Assembly: GCF_009834535.1 (NCBI RefSeq)
Contig: NC_045696.1
Coordinates: 105,960,001 to 106,024,000 of the forward strand
Origin: Camelus ferus
Lineage: Eukaryota
Reading direction: 5' to 3'
DNA: 64,000 bases
The notes beneath the pieces were generated by a model. The model worked only from the letters and a program-made list of their open reading frames with translations. It had not been told where the DNA came from and made no database searches. Each line of letters starts with the position of its first letter. Position 1 is the stretch's first letter. The translations under genes were made by a program, and so were the position numbers. This document shows positions 42,351-56,504 of this stretch, piece by piece.

Positions 42351-45300
42351 CTCTTGGGATATGTGGGCCTCTTATTTATGGGCAGCATAGGCCTTTGGAC
42401 CCTGGCACTGGGACTCGAAGAAATGGCCAGGTCAATAGACAGACCAACTTCCAGAATAGGCTGAAGCTCACAATCTCTCCCGTGACTTCTCTCCTTGCTT
42501 CCCAGCCCCATTAGGCAGTATGGGAGGCCTCTTGGACATTATTGGGAGCCTGTGGCAAGAGGGTACCTTCACCAAATTTCCGTACCTCTGGGAGGTATCT
42601 TGAGGTCTGGAAGAATGTCCCTTCAGTTACTTGGTACCCAAGGCCAGATTGTAGGCACTTTGTAGCTCCTTTCCATTGGGCAGATGCTCAGAGCACAATT
42701 TCTTGGAAATCACTCAGCTGATGATGGGAGTTAAGCTCTGAACTGACCATTCCCCGGGCTGCTCTAGACTCAGTGAGAGTTCCAGGAATAAGACTGTAAA
42801 AAGACAGTTTTGTTTAGGGATCTTTGTCCAATAGCCATCCACCATGACACACACAAGGTCATGGATCAGGTGTGTGAAAGAGTGATGAGCATTATCAGGC
42901 AGAAGTGGGCACCACTGTTTCCAGAGGGGTCTCCTCAGCCCATAGAGGGCCTTGGTAAATATATGCCAAATCAGTGAATGCCAGTGTCTTCAAGAGCGAG
43001 AACGGGAAATGAACCTCCCCAGGCAGTGTTGGACTTGAGGCCAGCATGCCTCTTGACCACCCTGCCCTCTGCTGGAGGCCCTCAGGAGCTGCTGAGCACT
43101 CCTAGCAGGTGCACCCTGCACACTTGCTGAATTGCATGTCTCTGGTTCTCAGGGGCTCTGGCTGAGCCAGAGAGGTGGAGGTGGAAGGCAGAGTATAGCC
43201 AACCTCCAGGGTGGGTTAGGGGTCTAGGCTGCAGGAACAGCTCCTTGTGTGGGGGATGGTCACCCAATGCCTTGGCACCCTGTCTTTTGTTCCTTACCCA
43301 AGTTTCCCCCAAACAGGATTTTGGAAACCCTGTACATTTCCATACTTGAGTCTGTGTCTACCCAGCTCTGAGAAGACAAAGGTTGACTTTGTTGAACAAG
43401 TAATTCCTAAGTATTCTCTTCATGTCTATAGGCAGACCCTGGGCTGCAGAGGCCAGTATTTGCCATCCAGCTTTGCCTCTGTGACCTTAATTCTCAGTGT
43501 CTGAACTTCCATGTTTGTAAGATGGAATTGGTAATAACATTCCGACTCTCCTGTAGGATGGGGAGAGGCTAGTTTAAGACCGTGCCTGTGGGAACATGTG
43601 CTGAGTCCCAACTCAGAGGCAATCTCAATTTTTTTCCTGCTTTCCCCTCTCTCCCAAAGGCCTAGAAGGGAGGAACTTCAGGAAGGGAAGCCCCTTCCAG
43701 AGATCTATCCTTGTGTCCTGACTTCCAGTATATTCTCAGTTCACCTTGTCCAGCCCATAACCCCGACTGTCAGCACCAGGTCACATACAGCCAGGCAGCC
43801 TGTAATGCAGGGGTCACTTGTCTGCAGAAGGTGAAAGATTGGTCCGTGAGGTGGCCAGCAGAGAGGTACCACGTGACCCTGACTACTGGGGACTAGCGGC
43901 TCTTAGAAGGGAGGGAGCAGGGGCTGCGGTTTCCTGGAGAAGTGGGCCTGCCAGCTGAGTCTTCAAGGACAAATAGGAGCTAGGTAACAGGGTAGTGGGA
44001 AGAGCAGATTAGGAAGCTACAAGGTATATAAAGCAGGATTCATGGGCGTTAGCAGGATCAACGGTTGTTTATTTTTACCAGCCTCTTTCCTTCCTCCACT
44101 CCAGGATGCTGCGCCTCTTCTCAGGGATCCAGGTAGGATCTAAACCCCAGTTGTATCATCCTGGAGCCTCTTCCTCTTTCAGTATTGGTGGCAGTTTTAT
44201 CTCCTTTTCCAATGATGGGTAAACTGACATTACCTTCTAGATTATTCCTACTCTAAAAATGTGTAACTGGTAGATTTTTGGAATTCCTGGTTCTTTTCCT
44301 CTTTTAACAAAGCCCAGGTTTAGCACTCAGAAGTTTGGCCTTTCAAACCTTACCTGCCTTACTTTCTTCTCCCCTTTTTTATTGTAGAAAATGGCACATA
44401 GAGAAAAGTGCATAAAACAATTACACATATAAATAATTTCAGCATATTACAGAGCAGACATCCAGGTAACCACCACACAGGTCAAGAAAGAACGTTGTCA
44501 ACACCTCAGAAACTGTACAAGTTCCCCTCCCTGGTCAGGACTCCCTCTCTGCCAAGATAATCACCACCTCTTCTTTTAGAGCAACCGTCAGGCTTTTGCC
44601 CAACATTGTGTTTCTAAGGTTCAATCATGTAGTTGCATTTCTCTCCAGTTCATTCTTTATCATCACTGTACAATATTGCATGTTATGGATACCCTATAAT
44701 TTATATATCCTTTCTACTGTTGGGACCCATACAGATTGTTTCTAGTTTGAGGCTATTACAGATGATGCTGCTGTAATAATTATATTTTGTCCCCTGTTTC
44801 ACATATGTACATATTTCTTTGGAAGTATATACTTAAGATTAAAATTGATGGGTCATAGAATTATGCATATCTTTATTTTGGCCAAGTAATGCTAAAATAA
44901 GTGGTTATATCAATTTATTTTTCCCCAGAACTTAATTCTTATTGCTTCACATTCTTACCAACATCCAGTTAACAAACATTTAAAAAATTTTAGCCGTTCT
45001 GTGAACTAATTTGCATTTCCCTGATTAATAATGAGATTAAATTGCTTTTTCATATTTGATTGTGGCCTTATGGATTTTCTCCTTTGTGAATTGCCTGTTT
45101 AATTAAGTCCTTTGTCCATTTATTTGATTACCTGTCATTTTGGGGGTTTGTTTGTTTTTGTTTTAAGGAAGGGTTTTATAAATTTTGCCTTTTTTTTGTT
45201 GTTGTTATGTGAAATTCTGTATTTTTATATATATATACATATATATATAAAAGCCTTATGTTTCTTCTGATAACACAGGATCTTAATTTTAATGTCAGAT

Positions 45301-45950
45301 TTATTTTATTTTCCTTTATGGTTAATACCCCTTGTGTAGTATTTAAGTAATCTTTCTCTACCCCAAGGTCATGAAGATATTCTCCTAGAATGTCATATGA
45401 AAGCTTTATATTTTTGCCTAACCCATTTAGATCTATAACCTACCTGGAATTTTAAAATATATATTTATTTTTTATATATAGTGTGAAGTATTTTTTCCTA
45501 GTGTTTTTTTATTTGGAAAGATAATCCTTCTTTCCCCACTGTTCTATATATCCCCCTTTGTCATAAACCATCTATTCATATATGCATGAGTCTGCTTCTG
45601 GACTCTAGAAGATATCCACTAGATTTCATCTCCCTATTTTTATTTTATTTTAATTTACTTGTTTATTAAATTCATACATACTAATTAGTATGTTCTAGAC
45701 ATGCATCTGAACTATATATATTTAATCCTTTTAACAATCTTATGTGATAGAGTTGGTCTTTCCCACTTTACAGATGAGAAAACGGAGGCACAGAAAGTTA
45801 AGTAATTTGTCAACAGTCACAAAATAGGAGCCAGTATTCAAACTCAGGGAGTCTGTCTTAAGTGTCCATGCTCTTTACTCAGTTATCAGTGATGCCTAAA
45901 TATATATTTCATTTTTGTGTTGAGATGCACAAAAACCCATAGAAAAAATT

Positions 45951-46252
45951 TTTAAAAATTTTATTGAAGTATAGTTGATTTACAATGTTGTGTTAGTTTC
46001 TGGAGTATAGTATAGTGTTTCAGTTTATATATATATGTTCTTTTTAATTATAGGTTATTACAATGGACTACTACTCAGCCATAAAAAAAGAATGAAATAA
46101 TGCCATTTGTAGCAACATGGATGGACCTAGAGATTATCATACTAAATTAAGACAGAGAAAGACAAATATCATGGTATCACTTATATGTGGAATCTAAAAA
46201 AATACAGATGAACTTATTTACAAAACAGACAGGCATAGAAAACAAATGTGGT
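45951..46252. mobile_element. L1 insertion with 5' inversion
   Basis: Antisense 3' end (ttattgaagtatagttgatttacaatg...) joined at tacaa 46059-46063 to sense ORF2-end/3'UTR (tactcagccataaaaaaagaatgaaataatgccatttg...). Confidence 0.75.
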
Positions 46253-46458
46253 ATTTTAAGTGGGATTGCACTAAATTATAAATTTGATTGGGGCAAATTG
46301 ACATCTTCAGAATACTGACTCTTAAAATCCGTGATAATGGAGTATCCTTTATTTAGATCCTCTTTATATCCACAGTGATGTACAGTTTTCTATGGAGAGC
46401 ATCGTCTATCTTTTGTTAGATTTCCTGGGTAAGTGATTAAATTTTCTTGTTGATCTAT

Positions 46459-46785
46459 AGCAGTGGTTCTCAAAGTGTGGTCCCCTGACCAGGAGTATTA
46501 GCATTACCTAGAAACTAATTAGAATACAAATTCTTGGGGGGAAGGGTATATAGCTCAATGGTAGGGTATGTGCTTAGCATGCACAAGGTCCTGGGTTCAA
46601 TCCCTAGTACCACAAATAAATAAATAAGTAAGTAAATAAACAAATACACAAACAAGCAAATAAACAAATCTAACTCCCCACAGCCCCCACCCAAAAAAAG
46701 ATTGCAAATTCTTGAGCCCCATCCTAAACGTGACTACTGAATCAGAAACTTGGGAGATGGACTCAAGCAACCTGTGTTTTAATAG
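46459..46785. mobile_element. MER5A-like element split by a SINE
   Basis: cagtggttctcaaagtgtggtcccctgacc...caaattcttg [SINE] caaattcttgagccccatcc...actgaatcagaaact. Confidence 0.75.
46537..46698 (+). mobile_element. tRNA-derived SINE
   Basis: tagctcaatggtag...gggttcaatccc (A and B boxes), (aaat)n tail; TSD agaatacaaattcttg / agattgcaaattcttg. Confidence 0.85.
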
Positions 46786-47757
46786 TTCTAACTAAAATTT
46801 TAGAACAATCAATAGAAATACAATTGATACTTGAATTTAGCAGACATATCAAATATTCTTATTAATCTTAACTATTTATAGAAATTATTTTGGTTTTGCA
46901 TATATCATGCACAAATAGTTAATAGCTTTATTTCTTCCTTTCCATTCCCTTCATTTTATTTCTTCTTCTTGCCCTTCTACACTGGTTAGGAATTCCAATA
47001 AAAGGTTGAATAGAAGCAATTATTCAATTTTCAATATTCAATATTCAATTTCCTTTTGCTGGTCTAAAAAGGAAAATCTTCAGTATTACATCTGATGTTT
47101 GCTTTGGAATCTAGATATTTTACCAGGTTAACAAAGCATGCTTCAGTTCCCAAGGGATTTTTTTCAAACATCATAAAGAGATGCTGAATTTTATCAACTT
47201 ATTTTCTGCATTTTACTAAGAGGATCATATGGTTTTTCTCATTTGGTGAGTTATATTGATTGATGTTCAAATATAAACCAAATTTACATTGCTGGAATTA
47301 GCCCAATGGTATTGTGATGTATTATCTTTTTTATATATTGCTGGATTTGACTTGCCAATATTTCATGTGGGGTTTTTAAATCTATTTTCATCAGTGGGAT
47401 TGGCTCATAAATTTCTTTTATGGTTTGTGTCAGGTTTTGTTATCAAGGTTTTGGTGACCTTATAAGACAAGATTGGCATTATTTCTTATTTAAAAGTTTG
47501 ATAGAATTTTGCCAGTGACCTTATTTCTGATGTTTCTTTGAGATATGGATTTAATTTCCTTCCTAGCCAAGAGGTATATTCAGATTTTTATATCTTACTG
47601 TGTTTGTTTTGAAGAGTTGTGATTTTCTAGGTATGTGTCTTTCATCTATATTTTCAAATTTATTTTTATCAATCCATGTGTTAAGAGTTTATTAATGTTG
47701 CAGGAATGGTAGAGATGTCCTCTTTTCATTCTCGGTATTGGTTAGAGTCTTTTCTTT

Positions 47758-47919
47758 TTTTATGGGACTTTTTTTTAATATGAATTTTTCTTTTTCTTTT
47801 TTTTATGGGGGAGGTTAAAATTAGGTGTATGTGTGTTTGTGTGTGTGTATATATAAATATATATCTTTTAATGGAGATACTGGGGATTGAACCCAGGATC
47901 TTGTGCGTGCTAAGCACAC
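47758..47919 (-). mobile_element. 5'-truncated tRNA-derived SINE
   Basis: atggagatactggggattgaacccaggatcttgtgcgtgctaagcacac; flanking repeat tagagtct(a)ttttctt. Confidence 0.8.
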
Positions 47920-49324
47920 TAGAGTCTATTTTCTTAGGCTCATTAGAGGTTTTTCAATTGTATCAGTCTTTACAAAGAATTGGTTTTTTACTTTATAGAT
48001 CCTCTGTTGTATGCTTGTTTTCTGCTCTCCTCTTATCTGTATTATTTCTTTCCTTCTACTTTCTTTGGATTCAATTTGCTGTTATTCCTCTCCTATAATT
48101 TTATAAGATGGTTGCTTAGCTGATCAGTCTTAGTCTTTACAGTAACAGTCTTTATCTTCATCCCATAAGTTTTGATATGAAGTCTTTTCATCACCATTCA
48201 ATACAAAATATTTTCTAATTTCTATTTTGGTTTTTTCCTGACCTTTGGTTACTTAGAAATATATTTATCAGTTTCCAAATACACATGGATTTTCTTATTA
48301 TCATTTTATTATTGATTTTTAGATTAGATGGCATTCAGAGAACATATCTGCATGATTTCAATTCTTTCAAATTTGTGGGACTAAGTTTTTTTATGACTCA
48401 CAATATGATCAAGTTTATGAATGTTCAGTGTACACATGAAAAAATCCATATTTTGCAGTTATTAGATCAGATGTTTTACCTATGTTCATTAGATCAGTTC
48501 TGCTGTGTTGTTTATATTTATAAATCTTTACTGAGATTTTCCTAGCATTTATAAAAGAGATAAATTAAAATACCCTGCTGTGATTTTGAATTTGCCTATT
48601 CTAGTTATGTCAATTTTTATTTTATAGAGTTTGAAGCAATATTATTAGACGCATCCAAATTTAGAGATGATTTATATCCCTGGTGAATTGAAGCATTTAA
48701 AAATTATTTTAAAGTGTTCACTGTGTTTCTGATACTGTGTTTTTGCCTTAATGTCTACTTGACTAATAATATATATTAGCTTTCATTTGGTTAGTGTTTG
48801 CATGGTGTTTTTTTCTTGCAGTCTTTTGGAATTCTTGTGTTTCTCTTGTAACTAGCATGTAGTTTTATTTTGTTTTAATCCACTCTGACAGTACTTACCT
48901 GTTAATTGAAACAGCCAATGTACATTTAATGTAATTGCCAGTATATTTGGGGTTACATGAACCATCTTACTATGTAATTTTATTTTTCCTAGATTTTCTT
49001 TCTTTGTGTTCTTTTTTCCATTATTTTCTCACCAGTGTTAATGAAATGCTAAAATAACTTTTCCTATTAATTTGGAAATCATACAGCTTTTCCCATTCTT
49101 TTATTGGCTACACTAGATTACAATTTGCATACTGGACTTTCCCAGGTCTAAGGTTTATTGGTACTTTTATCATCTTCCCAAACAGTGCATGAACTTTAGA
49201 ACTCTTCAAGTCTGTTCACTTCTCTCCCAACCTATATGCTATCATGGTTAGATTTTAATTATATATCAGTGTGAATTCCCAGAAGGAAGTATTGTTTTAT
49301 ACAGCCACTGTTTATCTAAATATA

Positions 49325-49551
49325 CAGTTGAGCCTTAAACAATGCAGGGGTTAGGGGTGCCAGCCACCCCCACCATACACACAGTCAAAAACCTGATTAT
49401 AACTTTACATTCACCCCTCCCTATATGTGGTTTTGCATCCATGGATTCAACTAACCACAGATTATTTAGTACTATAATACATATTTATTGAAAAAAGTGT
49501 ATTATAAGTGGACCTGTGCAGTTCAAACCCATGTTGTTTAAGGGTCAACGG
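49325..49551. mobile_element. MER8-like (Tigger2-derived) MITE, full length
   Basis: TA|cagttgagccttaaacaa...ttgtttaagggtcaacgg|TA: terminal inverted repeats with TA duplication. Confidence 0.8.
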
Positions 49552-51681
49552 TACATAAATTTTTTTACCATGGTCATTGCTTATCTCTTTTTCTGCATTT
49601 TCACGTTTTCATCTGGCATCATTTTTTCTTAGACCAAAGATATTTCTTTAAGTTGTTCTACTCTTGATTAATTCCTTCAACTTTTGTTTGCCTGATAAAT
49701 AGTTTTGTTGGGTATAGAAATTTAGGTTGGTAGTTACTTATGTCAGCACTTTGAAGGGATTTTTTCTGTTGTCCTCTTGCTCCTATTATTCCTATTGAAA
49801 AGTTAACAGTATTTTAATGTGTGTTCTTTCCACTGGCCCCTTTTAAAGATTTTGTGTTTGTCTTTGGTTTTTAGCGGTTTTACTATGATATGCCTGGGGC
49901 TGGTTTTCTTTCTAGTCTTCTTGCTTGGTGTCTACAGAGCTTCTCGAATCTATAGCTTGCTATCTTTCATCATTTGGAAAAGTCTCTTCGAATCTGTTTT
50001 TCCATAATTCTCTCTTCTTTTGGAATTCCATTTACACATATTTGACCTTTCACTATGTAGTCTATATTTATTACACTCTTCCTTCTAATCTCTTTATACT
50101 TTTCTCCTAGATATTTTCTTCTCACTTATGTTCCAGTTTACTGTTTCTCTGATTTTGAGTTGTTAATTTCATTATTGTATTTTTCAATTCTACAGTTTCT
50201 TTTTGGTTCTTTTAAAATTCTTCTGTGTCTTTTATATTTTTCTATTCTCTGTGAAATTTTCAGAGTTGTCTTTTATTACCCTGGATATTGTAAGCATGAT
50301 TGTGTTAAGCTCTACATCTAATGAATTCTTAATCTGCAGACCTTGCTGGTTTCTTTCTATTGTTGGTTATTTCTGTTGATGCCCATTCACATGTTGTCCT
50401 GTCTTGTTTGCTCATTTATTTGTTTATACTGTATACTCATATCCAAGGTAATTCTTATTTCAAAAACAGATCAACTTTCTGTTTATTCTTATTTCTTAAG
50501 TTACAGTCTTTGGGGTCCCAGCTCAAAATTTGGGAGTTTTGCTAGAGTCGCCCAACAGTGGCATTCCTGGACACCAGGCTCATCTCCCTAGGTCTGCAAC
50601 ACTGTCCAAGGTACAGTTTAGACTCCGGACCTCCTGTTTTGGAATCAGTAAACTTTCCTAGGCTTAAATGTTTCCAGATGCCTAGATTCCTACTCTGGGT
50701 TTCCTTCTTCTCCACCTTGGCATAGAAATTCATCATTGCCTTTTTAGCTTTCTGGTGCCTTCAAGAAGATATGTTTTACATTTTGACCCATTTTTAAAGT
50801 TGTTGTTAGCAAGAGAGTTCCCAGCATTACATTTCCCACCTTTACTCCCTCCCCTACTAACTCTTTGCTCACTTTATGATTTCTGCCTCATTTCATTAGA
50901 CTAAATTAATTTTGTCACCAACATCCTTGGTGTTGTCAAATCTAATGGAAACCTTTTTGTTCTCATACTTCTCATCTTCTCAGCAGCAATTTGCCATAGT
51001 TAACTATTCCTGTTTTATAATACATTCTACATCTTTGCCTTCTACATTTTAAGATTTTCTGCTATCTCCAAACACTTCTTGGTCTCTTTTACTAACACTT
51101 TCTTCTCTGTCCAATCTCTGTTTTTCCTTTGTACATTTCTTATAAAATTTTTTACATAAATGCATAAATGTGATCATAAATGCTTCATTTTTTAAAGTGA
51201 AATCTTTTTTCCTTGAATTTTGTTTGGTCACCCCCTCCCCACCATCCATCTCATTCCACATTCCCATTACATAGCTCCTGTTACCTGTTTGTAACCTTTC
51301 ACATTTCTCTCCATGCTTGTATAATCATATACAGAAAAAAATATACAGATATAACACACACATACATTATACAGGGTGTCTTTTTTTTTTCCTTTGTTTC
51401 TTCTTTTTTTAAATAAATTTGTATTATATTATACCCACTTTTTTTAACTCAAAAATACTTCATAGAAATCCCTCCAGATCATTCTTTTGAATGGCTGAAT
51501 TGTAGTAAATGGTATATAATAATTTTTTAAGTCATTTCTCTGTAGATGAGCATTAACAATTTCCAGTTTCTTTCCCCCCTTCCCGCTATGCACAGTGCTA
51601 CAGTAAACATCCTTGTGTATATATCCTTATACTGATACTGATGGCTTTGTTTTTATGGGATTCCTAAGAGAAAAGTGTGAG

Positions 51682-51684
<3 letters not shown>

Positions 51685-51736
<52 letters not shown>
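51685..51736. repeat. (TG)26 perfect microsatellite
   Basis: 52 nt of uninterrupted TG. Confidence 0.97.
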
Positions 51737-51737
<1 letters not shown>

Positions 51738-54704
51738 TGTTTTTTAAAACTTTATCATAAGTACCCTTTAAAATCTTTATCGAAATTTAAGCATTTGTAC
51801 AGAAAACATACAGGCAAAAGGTAAAAATCATATAGGTATATAGCTTCATTAATTTTCACAAAGTGAATACATCTTTGTCACTAGCATCCACATCAAAAAT
51901 AGAAAATGTCATCCCAGAAAGTCTTCTTGTGCTCCTAGTTACTACCTCCCCACTAAAGTGAGCATTATGTGGATTCCTAAGGCTATATATTAGTTTCTGC
52001 CTATTTTTGAACTTTATATAAATGGAATTTTTAGTTTAATAAATGTCAGATTGCTTTCCTATGATCTTAAATTACTTATTTTCATCATTAAAGTTTGAAG
52101 GGGTACCCTTTCTTCAACATCTCAGACAGTAATATGTCATTGCTCTTTTAAATACTTTTTGCTATTTTCATTATTAAAATAATATCCCTAACTATAATTT
52201 GAACAGTTAAAAAATATACTTGTTGGCTCTTTGGATTTCATTTTCTTTAAATAGGCTGTTAATGTCCTTTATCCTTTTTACAATTAGCCTGACTTTTTCT
52301 TATCAGTTTTTAAGAGCTCTTTATATGTGTGTTGACCATTGTCATCCACATTACAAGTATTTCCCCCAAATCTATATAGGCTGTATATAGGCTTTCTTTA
52401 TGGTATCTTTTACCATACAACTTTTAAATTTCTCGATGGTCAAATATGTCTGTCTTTTGTTCTATAGCTTTAGGATTTCCTTACTTAATGGAGATCTCCT
52501 TTGCCCAAATGCTTTTCAGTGTTTAATCTTAGGCTCCCTCCCCCCATTTTTTTTTCTAAAACCTTCCTAGTTGATGTTGTTCACTCCCGTTGCTTTAAAT
52601 CTCCTCTAGATGCTGATGATGCTTATATGTATATCTCCATCCCAGACCTCTCCTCTGAGCTGCAGTAATGCAGATCTCACTGACTACCATCTGTGAGGGG
52701 CATGCCAGTTCTGGGGGATACAATAATATGTGATCCCTGCTCTCAGAGCTCATTAGAGGATGTAGATACTGTCTTAAATTGAAGGGGTGATGAGACTTGC
52801 TGATCTATTGCACATTCTGTACTGTGATCAGAGAAAGACTACAGTCAAAGGATTAGTTCTCCAATATATGTAAAACTACTGCGTATCTATTAGAAAATGA
52901 CAACTCAGAACAGGCAAAAAAAATGGAGGTGATTCTTGGAAAAGGAGACCTGAATGGCCAATAAACATGTAAGACACTCTATTTGACTAGTAATTAGAGA
53001 AAATAAAAATGAGATGCCATTAAAAAAAATTAGATTGGCAAAAATCCTGACTGTATCAAGTTTTGAAGATATACAGGGTAAAGAACTGTGCTGGTCAAAG
53101 TTTATGGTAGTATAACCACCTCCAAGAGCAATCTGGCAAATCTGTAATAATATGGAAGATGCACCTACTCTTTCATTCAGCAGTTTCACTTCTGAGTGCA
53201 CCTAGGGTAGTGCATCTCAATCTTTGATGTACATACGTGTCATAGTGGGATCTCATTAAAACACAGATTCTTAATTGGCAGGCTGGAAAGATCTGAGATT
53301 GTTCATTTTTAAAACGCTCCTAGGTGACGTTATTGCTGCTGGTCCAGGGACATACTTTAAATAGCAAAGCTGAAGAGAAACCCAAGCACATCCACAAAGA
53401 TGTTCATTAGAGCGCTGATGGTGTTAATGATAATCCGAAAACTATTAAGGTGAGTAGATGGCTTAATTCGTACGGTTGAATGCAGGAGTTAAAGGAACTG
53501 GAGTTACAAGTACCAACCTAGATAAATTTCAAAGACAATATGAATGGAAAAAAAGCAAGTTGCAGGACGGGTCCACGAATATAACATTTAAAATTTAAGA
53601 TACTGTATATTTTTCATGGATATCTATACCTCTGTAGTAAAAGGATACAGACCTGCATGGGAATGATAAACATCCAGTTCACAACAGTGATTACTTGGGC
53701 AAGGGAGGGCTGTGGGAACAGCGAGGGCATGAGGCTCTTCAGTTGTGATGCTTTCATTATTAAACCTGGTGACAGGTACACTCAGTTAAAGAACACAAGT
53801 GTTTATTATATTGTTTTCTATTTTTTTGTACATCTGAAATATCTTATTAAACAAAACAAATAGCCTTATTTTTTAGGATGGAGAAACTGAGGCTCAGGAA
53901 GTTAACCTTCCATGCAGAGTGCACACCCAGGCTGTGCTCCTTCCTCATTACTATGCTGCTTTGAATTAAAAACAAACAAAAAACATGGGTTCACAATGTC
54001 AAAGGCAAACTATATTCCCATGGATTGGTCTCCTAAAGACTGGCTCAAACTGCATCCACGTGTTTGCTGAGATACATCACACACACTGCAAAGTACAGTT
54101 CTGACCTCTGATAGCTAGAGTTCAGAACTGAGTGCCTAAAAATAATTGCTTTGTGTTTGGATCTGGCACAAAACATTTTTTGTACCAGATAAAATATGGC
54201 CATTAAGAGAGTCCTTTAGTCAAGGGAAATGAAAACCACAACACCCAAACACTTGAAAGCAAACCCAAAAATGCGTTTACTAAGCCTTGGAAGAGTCCTT
54301 CTTAGTTCATCTCCAGAAGGAACGCTGGTGGGTGGAGGGGAGACGGCAGGGGGCTAATTTTTGTAAAGGTGGTGTGCTGACCTGCCAGTTATGAAGACTT
54401 CAAATGTCAGAGGAAGCAAGTCAAAGGCTAAGTTTAAAATACGCTCAGTGTGCCACCATGCATGTCACCTCCCTGTGCCAGGCCTGCCTGGGCCACCTTC
54501 CCTCCCTGCTCTTCTGCCCCTTTCCTAATGTTACGTCATGGTTGTGCCTCTATTCTGCCACAAATCTTAGAAATATGTTAGTGGTAGGGAGAGAGTTGTA
54601 AAGTTCATGGGTTTCAGTGTCAGAAAAGCCTGGGTTTAAATCCCGCCTGGGCGGGTACTAAACAGCTCACTAAATTCGAGACAGTGTCTCTAGGTCGATG
54701 CTGC

Positions 54705-54885
54705 CCACTAGAACTTGGTGGGATGAGGGAGATGTTGTGTGTGTGCACTGTCCAGTGTGGTAGCCACTAGCCTCACCTGAAACGTGGCTAGTGTGAGAGA
54801 AAAGATTTGAATGTTTCCCTGTGCTTCATTTTAATTAATTTAACTTTAATAGCTCCATGACTAATGGCTACCACACTGGACAGTT
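54705..54885. mobile_element. MER3-like hAT element
   Basis: gcactgtccagtgtggtagccactagcc...aatggctaccacactggacag internal inverted repeat. Confidence 0.7.
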
Positions 54886-55459
54886 GAGCAAGTCTAGAAA
54901 ATGCAGAATTGCCCCTCTCATGGAGGTTCCCCCTGTGATACTGGACATGAAATGCCCTGATAAAAGGCTCTACTATTAAACCATGCTCTGCCCTGAAAGG
55001 CCTTCGGAGGGGGGAGTGCTGACACAAACTCGCGTGCTTACTGAAATGACTCTGTGAGTCTGCCCGGGCAGGCCTGCATCAGATACAAAGTGCTGGTAAC
55101 ACTGGTGCCACCTCCAGGAGGATATGCAGCTCTGACTGTTTAAACCCCGCCTGGGGATGCAGCTGATGCAGTCTGGGGTAAAGTGGTTTGCTTCTTCCGC
55201 TTGGTATTTTTTGTTGTTGTTGTTCCTCATCGTGTTGATTAAACAAAACAATTACGTTTTCAGAAGTCCATTTTAAACTAAATTATGCGACACTTTCACA
55301 TTTAATATTGTTTCCAGATAGTAAATGTTTCTCATTTTCTCCACTTAAACTAATATCATTATATACCAACTGCTTTAAACCAGAGAGACAACCTATTTGC
55401 ACAGGCTAAAAATACACAAAGACATCCGTTTTTAGAAACACAAATCAAGGAGCACTAAT

Positions 55460-55585
55460 TTTATTTTATATTTATTATAGTAAAAGTTGCTCTTGTAAAA
55501 CATTAGTGATTTTGGTCCAAATCTTATTTTCCATTTGACTTTAAAACATTTTACATTATTTATAAAATAAATTGCAGTTTTTATT
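55460..55585 (-). terminator. Candidate FAIM polyadenylation signals
   Basis: tttatt (AATAAA on the minus strand) at 55460-55465, 55471-55476 and 55580-55585, 175-300 nt past the FAIM stop. Confidence 0.55.
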
Positions 55586-55759
55586 ATCGTCCATAATTTT
55601 CTTCCCCTGATCTTTGGAACACCACAGTTTCAAGTAACTAAGAAGTAAAAACATGGCGACTGAGTGTACTGAAAAGTACATACTGAACATATTTAATTAC
55701 CACAGTAATTTAAAAGTCCTGTTCTTTACTACTTAAGATTAAAATTCATTAACGTGAAG

Positions 55760-55909
55760 TCATTCGAGAAGCTCCGGGATTTCTCTGTTATCCACAATAA
55801 GAGTATGAATAATCCCTTCTTTCCGCTTCCCGCTACTGACGGCCTTTATGTAACAGTCATGGTTCCCAACGCTGAAGTGAGTTTCAGTTCCGTCATCCAC
55901 AAACTCGCC
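55760..55909 (-). CDS. FAIM: Fas apoptotic inhibitory molecule, last coding exon (150 nt incl. TGA)
   Basis: Minus strand ttgcccag|GGC GAG...GAA TGA = GEFVDDGTETHFSVGNHDCYIKAVSSGKRKEGIIHTLIVDNREIPELLE*; missed by the ORF track; FAIM lies tail-to-tail with PIK3CB in human. Confidence 0.95.
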   Translation of the reverse strand, partial: GEFVDDGTETHFSVGNHDCYIKAVSSGKRKEGIIHTLIVDNREIPELLE

Positions 55910-56504
55910 CTGGGCAAACGAGAGGAGGAGGAATTAGTGCTCCAGAAAAAAATCTTAGTATGGACCGCTGACACCACCTAAAAGGGGTGGTATAATGAAG
56001 TACGTATTAGTTAAATGTTAGGTTTTGCAAAATTAAAGTTAGAAGCTCATATTTAGATTCTTTTACATCTGTTATGAGTTGGAAGTTTCTTTTTTGTACC
56101 CCCTACAATCTTCAAGACTCCAGGGAGAAAAAAAAAGTACATCTCATGGCTGTGTCTATACCTTATACTATGTAGACAATATAGACTATTTTCAAAGCGA
56201 AAAATGATAAACCTGATAGCAATCATTTATTAGTGACTTATTCTATACAAGGAATGGTTTACATGCGTTATTTCACTGCATTTGCACAGTAACCCGGATT
56301 GCAGTATGATTATTGGCCACCTTTTCTACATGCGAACACCGAGGCACGGAGTGGGCAAATAACTTGCTGCAGGTGCCAGTCAGTAAAGGGGGGTGTGTTC
56401 TTCACAACTCTGAAAACCTGATCCCCAGGGTATAAGGTGGCTTACAGTACATGCAGAACATAAAGAAAAATAATATAAAACCGAACACTGCTGAGTCTAG
56501 ACTT

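Larger units (their letters stand above)
44380..50800 (-). mobile_element. Long decayed L1M-type block with nested MIR, MER5A, SINEs, young L1 and MER8
   Basis: Continuous antisense L1 motifs from the 3'UTR towards ORF1; approximate. Confidence 0.65.

Noticed and set aside
42380..42990. GC-richer block downstream of the PIK3CB poly(A) signals, possibly an old LTR or extended UTR
   Set aside because: I cannot assign a family or boundaries from sequence alone.
55754..55981. 75-aa plus-strand ORF
   Set aside because: Antisense shadow of the FAIM last exon.
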